A DNA stretch of 64,000 bases. It comes from Octopus sinensis (taxonomy: Eukaryota). The notes below the pieces were generated by a model that worked only from the letters and a program-made list of their open reading frames with translations, was not told the DNA's origin and did not search any database. Within the stretch, counting starts at the first letter, position 1, and each line of letters starts with the position of its first letter. The DNA lies in contig NC_043017.1 of NCBI RefSeq assembly GCF_006345805.1, positions 28,830,001-28,894,000 on the forward strand, written 5' to 3'. Of this stretch, positions 1 to 11,569 are shown piece by piece. A program made the position numbers and the translations under genes.

Positions 1-3
1 TTT

Positions 4-69
<66 letters not shown>

Positions 70-98
70 GCGTGTGCGTTTGTGTGTGTGTATGTATA

Positions 99-146
<48 letters not shown>

Positions 147-156
147 TGTATGTGTG

Positions 157-187
<31 letters not shown>

Positions 188-190
188 ATA
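1..190. repeat. (CA)n/(TA)n/(TG)n compound microsatellite
   Basis: Directly visible dinucleotide runs; explains ORF 82..279. Confidence 0.95.
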
Positions 191-422
191 ATATTACGGC
201 CCAGGTATCTAGGTGCAGTAAGTTAGTAAGCTTCGTGCACTTTTTAATAGGTATCATAAATAACGTTCAAGAGCTATAAGAGTTTAATGGCGGAGAATGT
301 TGTAGATTTTTCCCGTATCGAAATTCGATAAGCAGGAAAAAAGTTATTTTATAGTTCGCGGTTAGCATCTAATGTTGCTATGAATTCGAATAAAAATGAG
401 AGAATGCAGTAGGTAAAATCCA

Positions 423-505
423 GGCTACACAGGTTTCCTAGCTAGCAGAAACTCAGAAGTAATAATTACTCAACCATCAGTCCTACAATTGCTACTCATC
501 AGACC
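423..505 (-). ncRNA. Degenerate type I hammerhead ribozyme motif
   Basis: Minus strand: GGT-CTGATGA-GTAGC...GCTAG-GAAA-CCTGTG-TA-GCC. Core intact; the stem II closing pair is mismatched and stem I is only 3 bp. Confidence 0.45.
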
Positions 506-555
506 GAAGATACCTTACCTAAATAAAATGTCCAGATATGCTCAATAAAGAGAAT

Positions 556-863
556 TCTTTTGCGCCCTTTCGAAGCTTAGCCAGGCTCATGGGCCCAGTC
601 TCCCGATTTCTATGGCGTATGTATTCCCCCAAGTTGGACGGGACGCCAGTCCATCGCAGCGTTACTCAAGAAACAGGATGAGAGAGTCAGAGAAAGTTGA
701 GACAAAAGAGTACAACAGGGGTCACCACCACCCCCTGCCGGAGCATCGTGGGGCTTTAGAGGTTTTCGCTTAATAAACACACACAACGCCCGGTCTGGGA
801 ATCGAAACCGCGATCCTCCAACCGCGAGTCCGCTGCTATTAACGCTAAGCCATTGCGCCTCCA
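556..863 (-). mobile_element. tRNA-derived SINE, family C head with alternative (V-domain-like) 3' part
   Basis: Head GGAGGCGCAATGGC..GTTTCGATTCCC matches 6905 and 62120; 13-bp TSD CAATAAAGAGAAT at 543-555 and 864-876. Confidence 0.85.
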
Positions 864-1031
864 CAATAAAGAGAATAGTGGCTCTCAAATGTTTTGAACT
901 TCGACTCTAATAACTTTACCATAGACCAAGTCCCCGGAGTAAGGTGTGGCAATAAGAGTTATCTAGGTGAAGAGTATGGAGACATTTATGTGACTACACC
1001 AAATAAAACTGCTTCAGTTCGTGATACAAAA

Positions 1032-1320
1032 TAGACATATATGTATACAGGTAAACAGACAGGAAGCAAAGACTGAAATTTTCAGACGATGAATATTCAA
1101 GTATAAACAGATAGATATTTATATATTAATGAGGCAAATTTACAGAGTACAAACGATAGAGAAAATTTCTCCCCTTTAATTTTCTGTCCTTTGTACTTTG
1201 CGTATGCTCCATTAATATATAAATATCTATATATTATATCTATATATTTTTAATAATTCTTTTTCATCGTCTGGAAACTTCGCTCTGCTTTCTCTCTATT
1301 TAAATCTATACATATATTTT
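1032..1320. repeat. Imperfect ~290-bp palindrome (foldback/MITE-like or inverted retro-fragment pair)
   Basis: CAGACGATGAA and ATAGATATTTATATATTAATG in the left half recur as reverse complements in the right half. Confidence 0.6.
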
Positions 1321-1342
1321 GTATGTATATATACTTATAGTA

Positions 1343-1343
1343 C

Positions 1344-1413
<70 letters not shown>

Positions 1414-1593
1414 ATATCTATCTATCTGTCTATCTATCTATCTATCTACCTACTTATATATATATATATATATATATGTAAATATCTATATACATATATA
1501 TATGTACATATATATATATATGTGTATGTATATATGCATTCTTGTGTGTGTGTATAAACTGCTGCATTAGTGTTGCATTAGTGGACTTGAACA

Positions 1594-1636
<43 letters not shown>
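1343..1636. repeat. (TCTA)n and (TA)n microsatellites
   Basis: Directly visible. Confidence 0.95.
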
Positions 1637-1638
<2 letters not shown>

Positions 1639-1835
1639 CGTTTTGGGATTCGGGTTGCAAGATTCTTTACATGAGTTCGTGTGCTGAAGCATATTCTATT
1701 GTGTCTGGGGAGAGTCATTCTCTTTTAGTGCCTTATTATTTAACACACTCACCGGTAACATTTCCACTTATTTCTTATTTTTATTTTCTAAAATTTTCGT
1801 TGCGTCTTACAAACTTTTCAATAATCTTGACTCTC
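1637..1835 (-). mobile_element. Short hammerhead-bearing repeat (Penelope pLTR/retrozyme-like), same family as 37615-37860
   Basis: High similarity to 37615-37860; degenerate hammerhead at 1788-1824 (TTGAAAA-GTTTGT-AAGAC-GCAAC-GAAAATTT-TAG). Confidence 0.6.
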
Positions 1836-1948
1836 TCTATATATATATTGATCAAAATGGGAAGACAAGAAAAGAATGAAAGAGGCTTCGATATTATGTT
1901 ACAATAGTGGAATTTATCTGTAAATATAATATTTGACAATTACTCGCT

Positions 1949-2124
1949 TGCCATGATACCACTCTGAGTTTCGGATGTCGGGGCGGAAACCTGCGCCGGC
2001 ATCTCTTCAGTTATCGAGGCAATCAAAATCATTTTCATAGCATATTTTGATTGTCTCGATAACTGAAATCATGCTGGTGCGAGTTTCCGCCCCGACATTC
2101 GAAACTCGGAGTTTTATCATGCCA
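1949..2124. mobile_element. Inverted pair of hammerhead-containing repeat fragments
   Basis: Arms ~1949-2029 and ~2044-2124 are reverse complements. Consensus folds as GATAA-CTGAAGA-stem II-GAAA-CTCGGAG-TT-TTATC (motifs 1955-2015 minus, 2058-2118 plus). Confidence 0.65.
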
Positions 2125-2164
2125 ACTGAATAAGTTTCGCATTATATATATATATATATATATA

Positions 2165-2540
2165 AGCGTAGGAGTGGTTATGTGGTAAGTAGCTTGCTTA
2201 CCAATCACATGGTTCCGGGGTTCGGTCCCACTGCGTGGCACCTTGGGCAAGTGTCTTCAAAGCTTTGTGAGTGAATTTGGTAGACGGAAACTGAAAGAAG
2301 CCCGCCGTATATATGTATATTTATGTGTATGCGTGTATATGTTTGTGTGTCTGTGTTTGTGCCACTAACATCGCTTGAGAACCAATGGTGGTGTGTTTAC
2401 TTCCCCGTAACCTAGCGGTTTGGCAACAGAGACGGATAGAATAAGTACTAGGCATCGAAAGAATAAGTCCTGGGGTGAATTTCCTCGACTAAAGGCGGTG
2501 CTACACCATGGTCACAATCAAATGACTGAAACAAGTAAAA
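2165..2540 (+). mobile_element. tRNA-derived SINE family A (CORE-like), internally deleted
   Basis: GGAGTGG..TGGTAAG A-box region, GGTTCGGTCCC B-box, CCTTGGGCAAGT, tail TGACTGAAACAAGTAAAAGA. Confidence 0.9.
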
Positions 2541-2559
2541 GAATATATATATATATATT

Positions 2560-2930
2560 TAGTGAGGGAAGAAATGGAGCTGAACGAAGATTTTACAAAA
2601 TTCCTTTTTATTATTTTCTACATATGTTTCAAAGGCTGCAAATTCCCTAATTCGGATTGAATAAGGAGACCATTTTGCAGCTTTCTCTTCAGGAAAATCC
2701 AGGAACTTAAATCTCCAAACAAATGCGCAGCAAGCTTTTCGACAAACGCTCTCTAGGAGCCCATGGTATGAATGGCACAAAACTAAAACTTCAATTATCC
2801 GCACCAAGGCACGGTTGCGATACCCCATGGTCGTAACCTCAACCGTGATTTTTCTGTTGTGATTTTTGCTACCCAGGTATCGGTTATAATTTGAATAATC
2901 CGTAACAAGATAATTCATTTATCCATTTCA
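2560..2930 (-). mobile_element. Hammerhead-bearing repeat, family shared with 26085-26400
   Basis: Shares AAATGGAG(C/T)TGAACGAAGAT, TTTTGCTACCC and terminal ATCCATTT blocks with 26085-26400; lies in (TA)n. Confidence 0.65.
2613..2698 (-). ncRNA. Type I hammerhead ribozyme, intact core, GUA cleavage triplet
   Basis: ATTTTC-CTGAAGA-GAAAGCTGCAAA...TTTGCAGCCTTT-GAAA-CATATG-TA-GAAAAT: 6-bp stem I, long stem II, palindromic stem III. Confidence 0.8.
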
Positions 2931-2936
2931 ATAAAT

Positions 2937-3008
<72 letters not shown>

Positions 3009-3427
3009 TATATAGGAGCACTTGTGATTATATAGAATATTAATTATTCCTTGATTCTTGTAATGCGAAACCTTGAAATGCATTTAGTATGCGAAAATTG
3101 ATTTGTATAGATTGACAGCTATAATAGAGAGGAGAAATGAAGGGAGAATGTGAATATCTGAGATGCTTAACAAGGGTAAAATTTGTTAGTAGATGTCTAT
3201 GGTTTAAAGCTAAATGAATACAGAAGAGATACATAGTAGAGAGTCCTAAGCCTGGAGATTGTGCTTCAAACATAATTTTAAAGAAGGACGCGTCGTAACG
3301 CGAAATAAAATGTGGTGCAATTGTGTCGTCAGATTTTTCTATTTTCATTTCCTTTCCATGTTTCCAGCGCGTATCGTAGGGAAAATAACAGAACCGCGTG
3401 ATGTTCTGAATATCTTTCCGTGCCAAT

Positions 3428-3650
3428 ATTCACACATACATTTACTGGTTTGTGTGAGGGAAGATCAAAGTATTTTACAGAAGTGAATTTTTAAGGTACA
3501 TAGATCCAAATCCCAAGGAAAGTAAGAAGAGAACAAATAAAGATTATATTTACAACAACGTCAAACCGCTGTAAGATTGGTAGATGAAAATTAAAGACGG
3601 GAAATATGAATAATGCGGAAATAAAATACGGCACATCTAAGAGAACATCA
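3428..3650. repeat. Dispersed repeat, second copy at 5472-5690
   Basis: TTCACACATACATTTACTGGTTTGTGT...CTAAGAGAAC shared by both copies. Confidence 0.75.
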
Positions 3651-4229
3651 AATATATATTTAACAATATTTTGAGAGATATAGAAATCTTGAGAACAGGA
3701 GATAAATATTACATGGCATAATACCATACATAAATACCTTGACATTTTCTGGGGCCAACAGTGATCTTCTGTGTACAGATTTCTGCCTAATACAACTCAT
3801 TTGTGATGCGAACATCATCCCTGTTGAGATTACCACTTAAAGACTTAATAAACAATAGCTAAAATAATTGTAAGACACGATTAGCTAATTCAATGGTGAT
3901 ATTTCTTGTAAAATTTCTTTATAGATATTACGAGTCATTCGGTTCATCCTCACGATTCTGTTTGCTTTATTTTAGACTCATATCAATGTGCGATCTCGAT
4001 TTTCCTCTACGGCTTTACAGTTAATGTTCAAATTTATCATTGCACATCACAAAATGCATCAGAATGTAAAAGTAAAATATCTCAACTAGAGAAGAATTAG
4101 GTACTAAGCTAATCTATGTATATGTGTGTGAGCGCGGGATTATGTGAGTATATGTGGTTTTGTGTCTGTGACACTTAAAGTTATACGTAACTAAATCAAA
4201 ATTAGCTTTAATTTCGAACCACAAAATTT

Positions 4230-4612
4230 TTGTGGAGGGTCCCAGTACGCAACTGGTACTTAATTTATAGACCCCGAATTTATAGATCCCGAAAGGATGA
4301 AAGGCATGGCTGACTTCGGCGGAATTTGAACTCAGAACGTAAAGACTGACAAATAACGCTAAGCATTTCGCCCGGCGCGTCAACTTTGCTTATTTCTTTA
4401 CTGCCCACAAGGAGCTATACACAGAGAAAACAAACAAGGACAGACAAACGGATTAAGTCAATTATATCGACCTCAGTGCGTAACTGGTACTTATTTAATC
4501 GACCCCGAAAGGATGAAAGGCAAAGTCAACCTCGGCGGAATTTGAACTCAGAACGTAAAGACAGACGAATAACGCAAAGCATTTCGGTCAGCGTGCCAAG
4601 GTTTCTGCCAGC
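4230..4612 (-). mobile_element. Two adjacent family B SINE copies (Meta-domain-like)
   Basis: Reverse complement of GAGTTCAAATTCCGCCGAGG..GCCTTTCATCCTTTCGGGGTCGAT..AAGTACCAGTT present twice. Confidence 0.85.
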
Positions 4613-4651
4613 TCAGAGCTTTAATAGTAGGACAAATATTGTGAAGCGTCT

Positions 4652-5440
4652 CTAGTTGTCGCCGGAGTTGAAATGAAGGTTTTTTTGCAGTGCTAAAAAC
4701 CGAATAGGCTGCATCGTCTCTGCAAGCAACGCCAAAGCATTTGCGGGATCCTTGTTCCAATATGAAGCGGGTGTCAGTTTCTGCACAATACGCAAAAAAA
4801 TGTGTGGTGCAAGGAGAATTTTGTCCCCTGACGTGGAAAACCATTCAGTGCCATGTCTGGGCCTTGAATCATGAGGATGATTTGCAGCATACTCGTTCGC
4901 TTCATCAACTATGCATTTAAACGGGAGTGGCTGTGTCGTAAGTAGCTTGCTAACCAACCACATGGTTCCGGGTTCAGTCCCACTGCGTGGCATCTTGGGC
5001 AAGTGTCTTCTGCTATAGCCCCGGGCCGACCAATGCCTTGTGAGTGGATTTGGTAGACGGAAACTGAAAGAAGCCTGTCGTATATATGTATATATATATG
5101 TATGTGTGTGTGTTTGTGTGTCTGTGTATCTCCCCCTAGCATTGCTTGACAACCGATGCTGGTGTGTTTGCGTCCCCGTCACTTATCGGTTCGGCAAAAG
5201 AGACCGATAGGATAAGTACTGGGCTTACAAAGAATAAGTCCCGGGGTCGATTTGCTCGACTAAAGGCGGTGCTCCAGCATGGCCGCAGTCAAATGACTGA
5301 AACAAGTAAAAGAGTAAAAGAGTAAAAAGAGTATTACCTCCTCGTGAATTCATGGAATACCTCCAATGGCGAACTGTGTTTTCTAAGGTCTGCTTTTATA
5401 TGAGGTGTACCAGAAATCCATACCGCGTCGAGTAAGTGTC
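4652..5440 (-). pseudogene. piggyBac-like transposase relic split by a SINE
   Basis: ISGTPHIKADLRKHSSPLEVFHEF (5335-5420), then IVDEANEYA..EW..T..SYWNKDP..M.PIRF..LQKNLHF..DN (4652-4920), typical piggyBac N-terminal catalytic-region motifs. May extend upstream to ~6365. Confidence 0.7.
4921..5332 (+). mobile_element. SINE family A, near full length
   Basis: A/B boxes, internal (TA)/(TG) tract, (AGTAAAAG)n tail. Confidence 0.92.
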
Positions 5441-6371
5441 CATCGCTCACCACACCGCATTCTGTTGGCCATTCACACATACATTTACTGGTTTGTGTAA
5501 GGCAAGATCAAAGAATTTACGGTACTGAATTTTTAAGGTAAATAGATCGAAAACCAAAGGAAAATAAGAGAAGTAATAAAGATCATATTTGCAACAACAT
5601 CAAGCTGCTGTGAGATTGATAAATGAAAAGTAGAGACGGAAAAGATGAATAATGAGCAAAGAAAACACGGCACAACTAAGAGAACTTGAAATCGCTCGCC
5701 ACACCACATTCTGTTGGTCATGTGATGCTCCTCTACTGCCGTCTTTGATGACAGGGATATTCGACAATGCTACCGAAACGAGAATCGCCCTATGTACTGA
5801 GCAAATAACCACTCTCGGAGCCTGAATATTCCCCTACCAGAATTAGCTACTGAGGCCTCATCACGTGGTGTTGAAGACGAGGTGCCTGGCGTAGATAGAC
5901 ATGACAACAAACGCGACGTGGGTATTAACTTCAACGAATCTCGCGTACATGGACACAATGAACCTGGAAATTAGCGCAGCTATATGTGACGATGAACACG
6001 AAGCTGGTGAAGCTCGACTTGAAGACCAACGCGAGGACTGTATATACAACTAACCTGGCGTGGTTGAATGCGGAGATTGTAAATTCCGTGAAGGACAAGA
6101 GGAATTGCTGAGCGTGTATGAATTTGATAGGAATCCATATTGAAGATCGTTGTTTAACCGCCAAAACTGCTGTTTTATACTGTTATGGTTGTGACGTTTC
6201 GGCCGGAGTTGGAAATATTTACATGAAAAATCTAACACTTATCAGATTCCTTGAAATTTGCATGGTAGCCTCTATTTTCGATTCCAGATAGGGCTTCGTA
6301 TATTGTCGTCATCTGATTCAAAGCGAGTACAGAGCGCACGCGAATTTACGTCAACCGATGTCATGGAGTGA

Positions 6372-6610
6372 AGGGCGGCGAGCTGGCAGAAACGTTAGCA
6401 CGCCGGGTGAAATGCGTAGCCGTATTTCGTCTGTCGTTACGTTCTGAGTTCAAATTCTGCCGAGGTCGAATTTGCCTTTCATCCTTTCGGAGTCGATAAA
6501 TTAAGTACCAGTTACGCACTGGGGTCGATATAATCGACTTAATCCGTCTGTCTGTCCTTGTTTGTTCCCTCTATGTTTAGCCCCTTGTGGGTAGTAAAGA
6601 AATAGGTATT
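6372..6610 (+). mobile_element. SINE family B, full length
   Basis: GGCGGCGAGCTGGCAGAAACGTTAGC head, GAGTTCAAATTC B-box, ends AAAGAAATAGGTATT. Confidence 0.92.
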
Positions 6611-6904
6611 GTAAAAAGCTTAAATGGAGCTCCAAACACCCGAGTTCTTTTACAGGGATTAGAAAAACGGATGGACCTCTGCCATAAGTGTATGAATATG
6701 AGACGAGAATATGTAGAATAAAATCATAATTAATTGATCTACCTGGATTTTCTTTTACCGAAAGGCAAAAACCATTCAGCACACTCTCGTACAAATACAG
6801 ACACACACTCATGCATTCACGCATACTCAAATATATATATATGAAGAAATCTTTCCTACACGAACACACACATATATACATATAGGGTTTATTTATAAAA
6901 AGTG

Positions 6905-7285
6905 AAGGCGCAATGGCCCAGTGGTTAGGGCAGCGGACTCGCGGTCGTAGACCGCGGTTTCGATTCTCAGACCGGGCGTTGTGAGTGTTTATTGAGCGAA
7001 ACAACTAAAGCTCCACGACGCGCTCCGGCAGGGATGGTGGTGATCCCTGCTGTACTCTTTCACCACAACTTTCTCTCACTCTTACTTCCTGTTTCTGTTG
7101 TACCTGTATTTCAAAGGGCCGGCCTTGTCACACTCTGTGTCACGCTGAATATCCCCGAGAACTGGGTTAAGGGTACACGTGTCTGTGGAGTACTCAGCCA
7201 CTTACACGTTAATTTCACGAGCAGGCTGTTCCGTTGATCGGATCAACCGGAGCCCTCGTCGTCGTAACCGACGGAGTGCTTCCAA
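6905..7285 (+). mobile_element. SINE family C, full length
   Basis: AGGCGCAATGGCCCAGTGG A-box, GTTTCGATTC B-box; near identical to 62120-62504. Confidence 0.9.
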
Positions 7286-7344
7286 ATTTATAAGAATCAC
7301 AAAGATATTCAAAGTCAGAAGTATATAAGCAGCTTTAAGGATGT

Positions 7345-7575
7345 GCATCATCATCATTATCATTGTTCGACCGTGGTCGAGACAATGGAATTTACCATGC
7401 TACACCAGACTTCACGGTCCATCATAGCATTACGGAGGTCCTGTAGCTGGATGCCTGTATCCCTGGCGATTACATCAAGGTAGGAAAGTGTACGCCCTCT
7501 GGCATCGCGAGTAGATGACTTCCAGAGGAGAAGAGGAGAAATTGCCTCGGTTTTTTTTGCTCTACAATAATGTTC
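7345..7575 (-). mobile_element. RTE-clade LINE 3' end
   Basis: RGRTLSYLDVIARDTG..LRNAMMDREVW, followed by a (TGA)n tail. Confidence 0.8.
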
Positions 7576-7771
7576 ATACTCACATATTTTGTTTAGACAA
7601 AATTTCAATTATCAATTCATTCTGAAGTTTCTTGCATTCAAGAAACATAATTTAAAATTACAAACGATTTCGAGGAACAAGGAGTGTGTAGGTGTCACGG
7701 TGAGTTTATGTTTTTTTTCTTTGTCTTTTGTTTGTTTGTTTTTTACTTTTTTATCCGCATACCCTTATACA

Positions 7772-7998
7772 TTTCTTTACTACCCACAAGGGGCTAAACA
7801 CAGAGGGGATAAACAAGGACAGACAAACGGATTAAGTCGATGACATCGACCCCAGTGCGTAACTGATACTTAATTTATCGACCCCGAAAGGATGAAATGC
7901 AAAGTCGACCTCGGCGGAATTTGAACTCAGAACGTAACGGCAGACGAAATACGGCTACGCATTTCGCCCGGTGTGCTAAAGTTTCTGCCAGCTCGTCG
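7772..7998 (-). mobile_element. SINE family B
   Basis: Reverse complement of the 6372-6610 consensus; ATACCCTTATA flanks both sides. Confidence 0.9.
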
Positions 7999-8852
7999 CA
8001 TACCCTTATAGTTTACATGAGCGGTGTGATATTTTTTTGTTATGATAAACGCTGTATCTTGTACGACTGCTTTGAAAGTTAATTTGTGCTTTGTGTATTT
8101 ATATTCCTTTCTTTAAGTATTCATGTTTACGTATTCACAGTTGCACTTGTATATTTGCTTTTATTTGCATCAACTTTATTTCTTTTATTTCAGAATAATA
8201 TCTTCTATTATAAGGTGATGTGTAAATGCCAAGAGGTTACCTAAAATATAAAAACATCTTTATATGCATGAATCTTGCATCAGCTCGGGAAATACTTGTC
8301 TTAGTTTTAAAGATCTTTCCTCGGTAAATTGTTGACATTTATCTTTAATATTTTACTTGTAGTTATTTCGATGCAGCTTAAAGCCTTTAGTCGAATAAAT
8401 CCGGCAATTCCAACACACTGCTTAACTCGAGATCTGAAATTTTTAGCAGATGTAGACACATGTGTAAATATGTTAGTGCGTGTGTGTGCGTGTGTGATGA
8501 CACGCACAAGATTTCTTTCGTTCGCTTTTCTCTCTTTATTATTCTTCTTATTTATTTATCTACGTTCTTGCTTATTGATCGACATAACGGGAAAACTGTT
8601 TGAATTATACACGAGACATTATTTTGATTCGTTCTTGGGCAATCCTCGAAGGAAATATATTTATTTATCAACAGTTATATAAACTTGTTTCGTAAATGCC
8701 AACACACAAAAAATATAGAATTTTGAGTCCTCAGTAACTTCTGCTAAATTTTAATAATAATACAGAGTTATATCTTGAGCTATTGTTTTCCACTTTGTAT
8801 CGACATACAAACATACATACATACGTATATACATATATACATACGTATATAT

Positions 8853-9215
8853 ACTTTTATTTGTTTCAGTCATTTGAGCACGGTCATGTTGAAGCACCAA
8901 CTTTCGTCGAACGAAGCAAGCCTACGACTTCCTCTTTGTAAACCTAGTACTTATTCTGTCGGTCATTTTGGCCGAAACGCTAGTTTACGGGGATGTAAAC
9001 ACACCAGCATCGGTTTTCAAGCGATGATGGGGTGACAAAGACAGACATACAAATATATACATTTATAAATATATCTGACGGATTTCTTTCTGTTTCCGTC
9101 TACCAAATCCACTGCCAGGGCTTTGGTTCACACGAGGCTATAGTAGACGACACTCGCAGTGGGACTGAACTCGGATCCATGTGAATGGGAAGCAAGCTTC
9201 TTACCACTCAGCCAT
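8853..9215 (-). mobile_element. SINE family A, diverged
   Basis: TTGTTTCAGTCATTTG tail to TTACCACTCAGCCA head, in reverse orientation. Confidence 0.85.
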
Positions 9216-9229
9216 GCAGCTGCTTTCTC

Positions 9230-9800
9230 GTATACGAGCAAAGCGTCACTGAAATGAGTCATTGATGATGCAATGGGAGGCCGTTCTATGACTCTTGAGC
9301 CCCGGTCAAATATTTGCTCATAGTATTGCATAATGCACAGTTGTGGTGTCTGGCAGAAGGAACCGGTGGCACAGTATGAACTCCAGCTAACAAAAATTAT
9401 CACAGACATACATTCCACCTTTCAAATTATAGAGTATGTCCCTAATCACGTCACGCCAAATTTGAGGAACCACTTCACAATGCCAAACCATCGGAATCAC
9501 ATCTGTTATAAATGAACAGAGATGTTTCACCACCATATTTTTCTATCCATACCAGTGGTCGTTCCATTGTTCTACACAGCCTAGAAAAGAAAATGCTGGA
9601 AGATGGCTGGGTAGCAACATGAATCCAATTACCCATCTTTGCACCCTAATTAATTTGTATACTCTTGTTTTAGGCCAATTACAGATGTTTTGTCCTGAAA
9701 TAATATCTCTTGTGGGCGTACATATACCGAAGAGTTGTTTTCTCAGGACACAAACTACCTTCACTGTACTATCAAATATGTATATCCAATAAAGACTATA
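9230..9800 (-). pseudogene. Possible Academ (XPG-like domain) transposon relic
   Basis: LPAFSFLGC...WYG and QYYEQIFDRGSRVIERPPIASSMTH resemble the FHAFTGCD..FYG.GK and RY.LF...E.LPPT..AL..H motifs; stops present. Confidence 0.4.
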
Positions 9801-11079
9801 CATTGACAGCTATTCTTATATAGTTTTGTCGCAAATAGTTACGCAAGATTAATATGAGATATTATTCTTCTTTTCTTATTTATATTTCTATATACATTAC
9901 TAATTCTCTAATGGAATACTAATTTTATTTTATGCATCCTAAACGCATGACTGTATTCTTAATTACAGTTACGGATAGTATAGTTTATAGTGAAATTTAA
10001 GCATTAGCTGCGTGTGATTATGGTTATTTAATTCAAAAAATATTAGTAAAATTTATCATTTAATAAATGAAATGCTAAAAAATGCATATTTAACATTTGA
10101 TAATTGAAATGCTAAAAAATGTAAATTTGAAATATGATCAACTTATTCACCAATTTAAAAGTAGTTAAGTTTAATCAGGATCAAATAACATAAAAAAAAA
10201 AGCAAATTTCTATACTGATACATGTATCAAAATATGTTTTGAAAATAAAAAAGTATTTATTAGTTGATATTTAAAATCTTACAAGTGTTTAGTTTAAAGA
10301 TCTGTCGCCTAATGACGTTGATAATTATTACGAAGAATTCTATATAATGGAATTTTTCTTCCATACACAATTATTTGTAGCAAAATATATGAAAGATAGT
10401 AGTAGTTAATGCTATAGTGAACGCTATAAAACTTCATTATTTTTTCATGAATTTGCTTATAGGTGAAGTTCAATGACAGAAATCCGTTTGATGTCATTAT
10501 GTGGATAGTCGACATTGTTGAGGTTAGCGAACTCGTTGGATTATACTTATTTAAACATTTTATACGTGCATGTGATAAGCAAAATATTACAAATTTCAAT
10601 GCTTAGAACTAGCTAACTAGCTATATAGCATTTCCATCACCAACCAATTTGCATACATTTATTTTGTTTATTGTCTGCTTCGCTTTCAGTATACCTACAA
10701 ATACAATTCAAATTAGTAAAGTTACTCTCATTTCCAACTTAATTTACAAGTATGTGTGCATGGCTTTGCGCGGCGCCCGTCTTTATATCTGCATTTGCAG
10801 GCAAATTTATGAATTCATATAGGAAAACAGAGACGTTTGATGAGTTTATATGCGCATATTTATGGGGATATACACATTTATATAATTAAATGTGTAATTA
10901 TACATGTGTGAACTTGAAAGCTGTACACATATATACATGTTCACTTCTGTATGCATTTGCATACATTTGAGAATATAATGGTGTATGTACAATCGTATTA
11001 AATCATTTATAATAATTGCTATGCATGTATGTGAGTAAAATGAAATACGTGCACGTACTTAAGGGCATTAATAACCTCG

Positions 11080-11463
11080 TAGGCGCAGGAGTGGCTGTGT
11101 GGTAAGTAGTTTGCTTACCAACCACATGGTTCCGGGTTCAGTCCCACTGCGCAGCACCTTGGGCAAGTGTCTTCTACTATAGCCTCGGGCCGACCAAAGC
11201 CTTGTGAGTAGATTTGGTAGAAGGAAACTGAAAGAAGCCCGTCGTATATATGTATATATATGTATATATATATGCGTGTGTTTGTTTGTGAGTCTGTGTT
11301 TGTCCCCCTAGCATTGCTTGACAACCGATGCTGGTGTGTTTATGTCCCCGTTACTTAGCGGTCCGGCAAAAGAATAAGTCCCGGGGTCGAGTTTCTCGAT
11401 TAAAGATGGTGCTCCAGCATGGCCTCAGTCAAATGACTGAAACAAGTAAAAGAGTAAAAGAGT
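11080..11463 (+). mobile_element. SINE family A
   Basis: Full head AGGCGCAGGAGTGGCTGTGTGGTAAG to AGTAAAAGAGT tail. Confidence 0.92.
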
Positions 11464-11569
11464 ATACATGTTGTTACAAAAATAAACATGTGTACTAATG
11501 TATACAAAGATGCATGAAGTATTGGTTAGGGTGTAGCTCTCACGATAGCGAGATCGGAGTTTTTTAGAA

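Noticed and set aside
3260-3340. Minus-strand CTGACGA followed by nested hairpins
   Set aside because: No GAAA at the base of a convincing stem II and no stem I.
5280-5305. SINE A tail CAGTCAAATGACTGAAAC looks like a hammerhead stem II plus GAAA
   Set aside because: No CUGANGA or UUGANAA upstream and no stems I/III; better explained as a LINE-recognition hairpin.
8670-8740. Minus-strand CTGAGGA...GAAACAAGTT
   Set aside because: Stem II does not pair convincingly; likely chance.
10050-10620. Possible hAT-like end (AAATGCTAAAAAA repeats, ORF 10309-10599)
   Set aside because: Too degenerate; no TIR, TSD or diagnostic motif that I can support.
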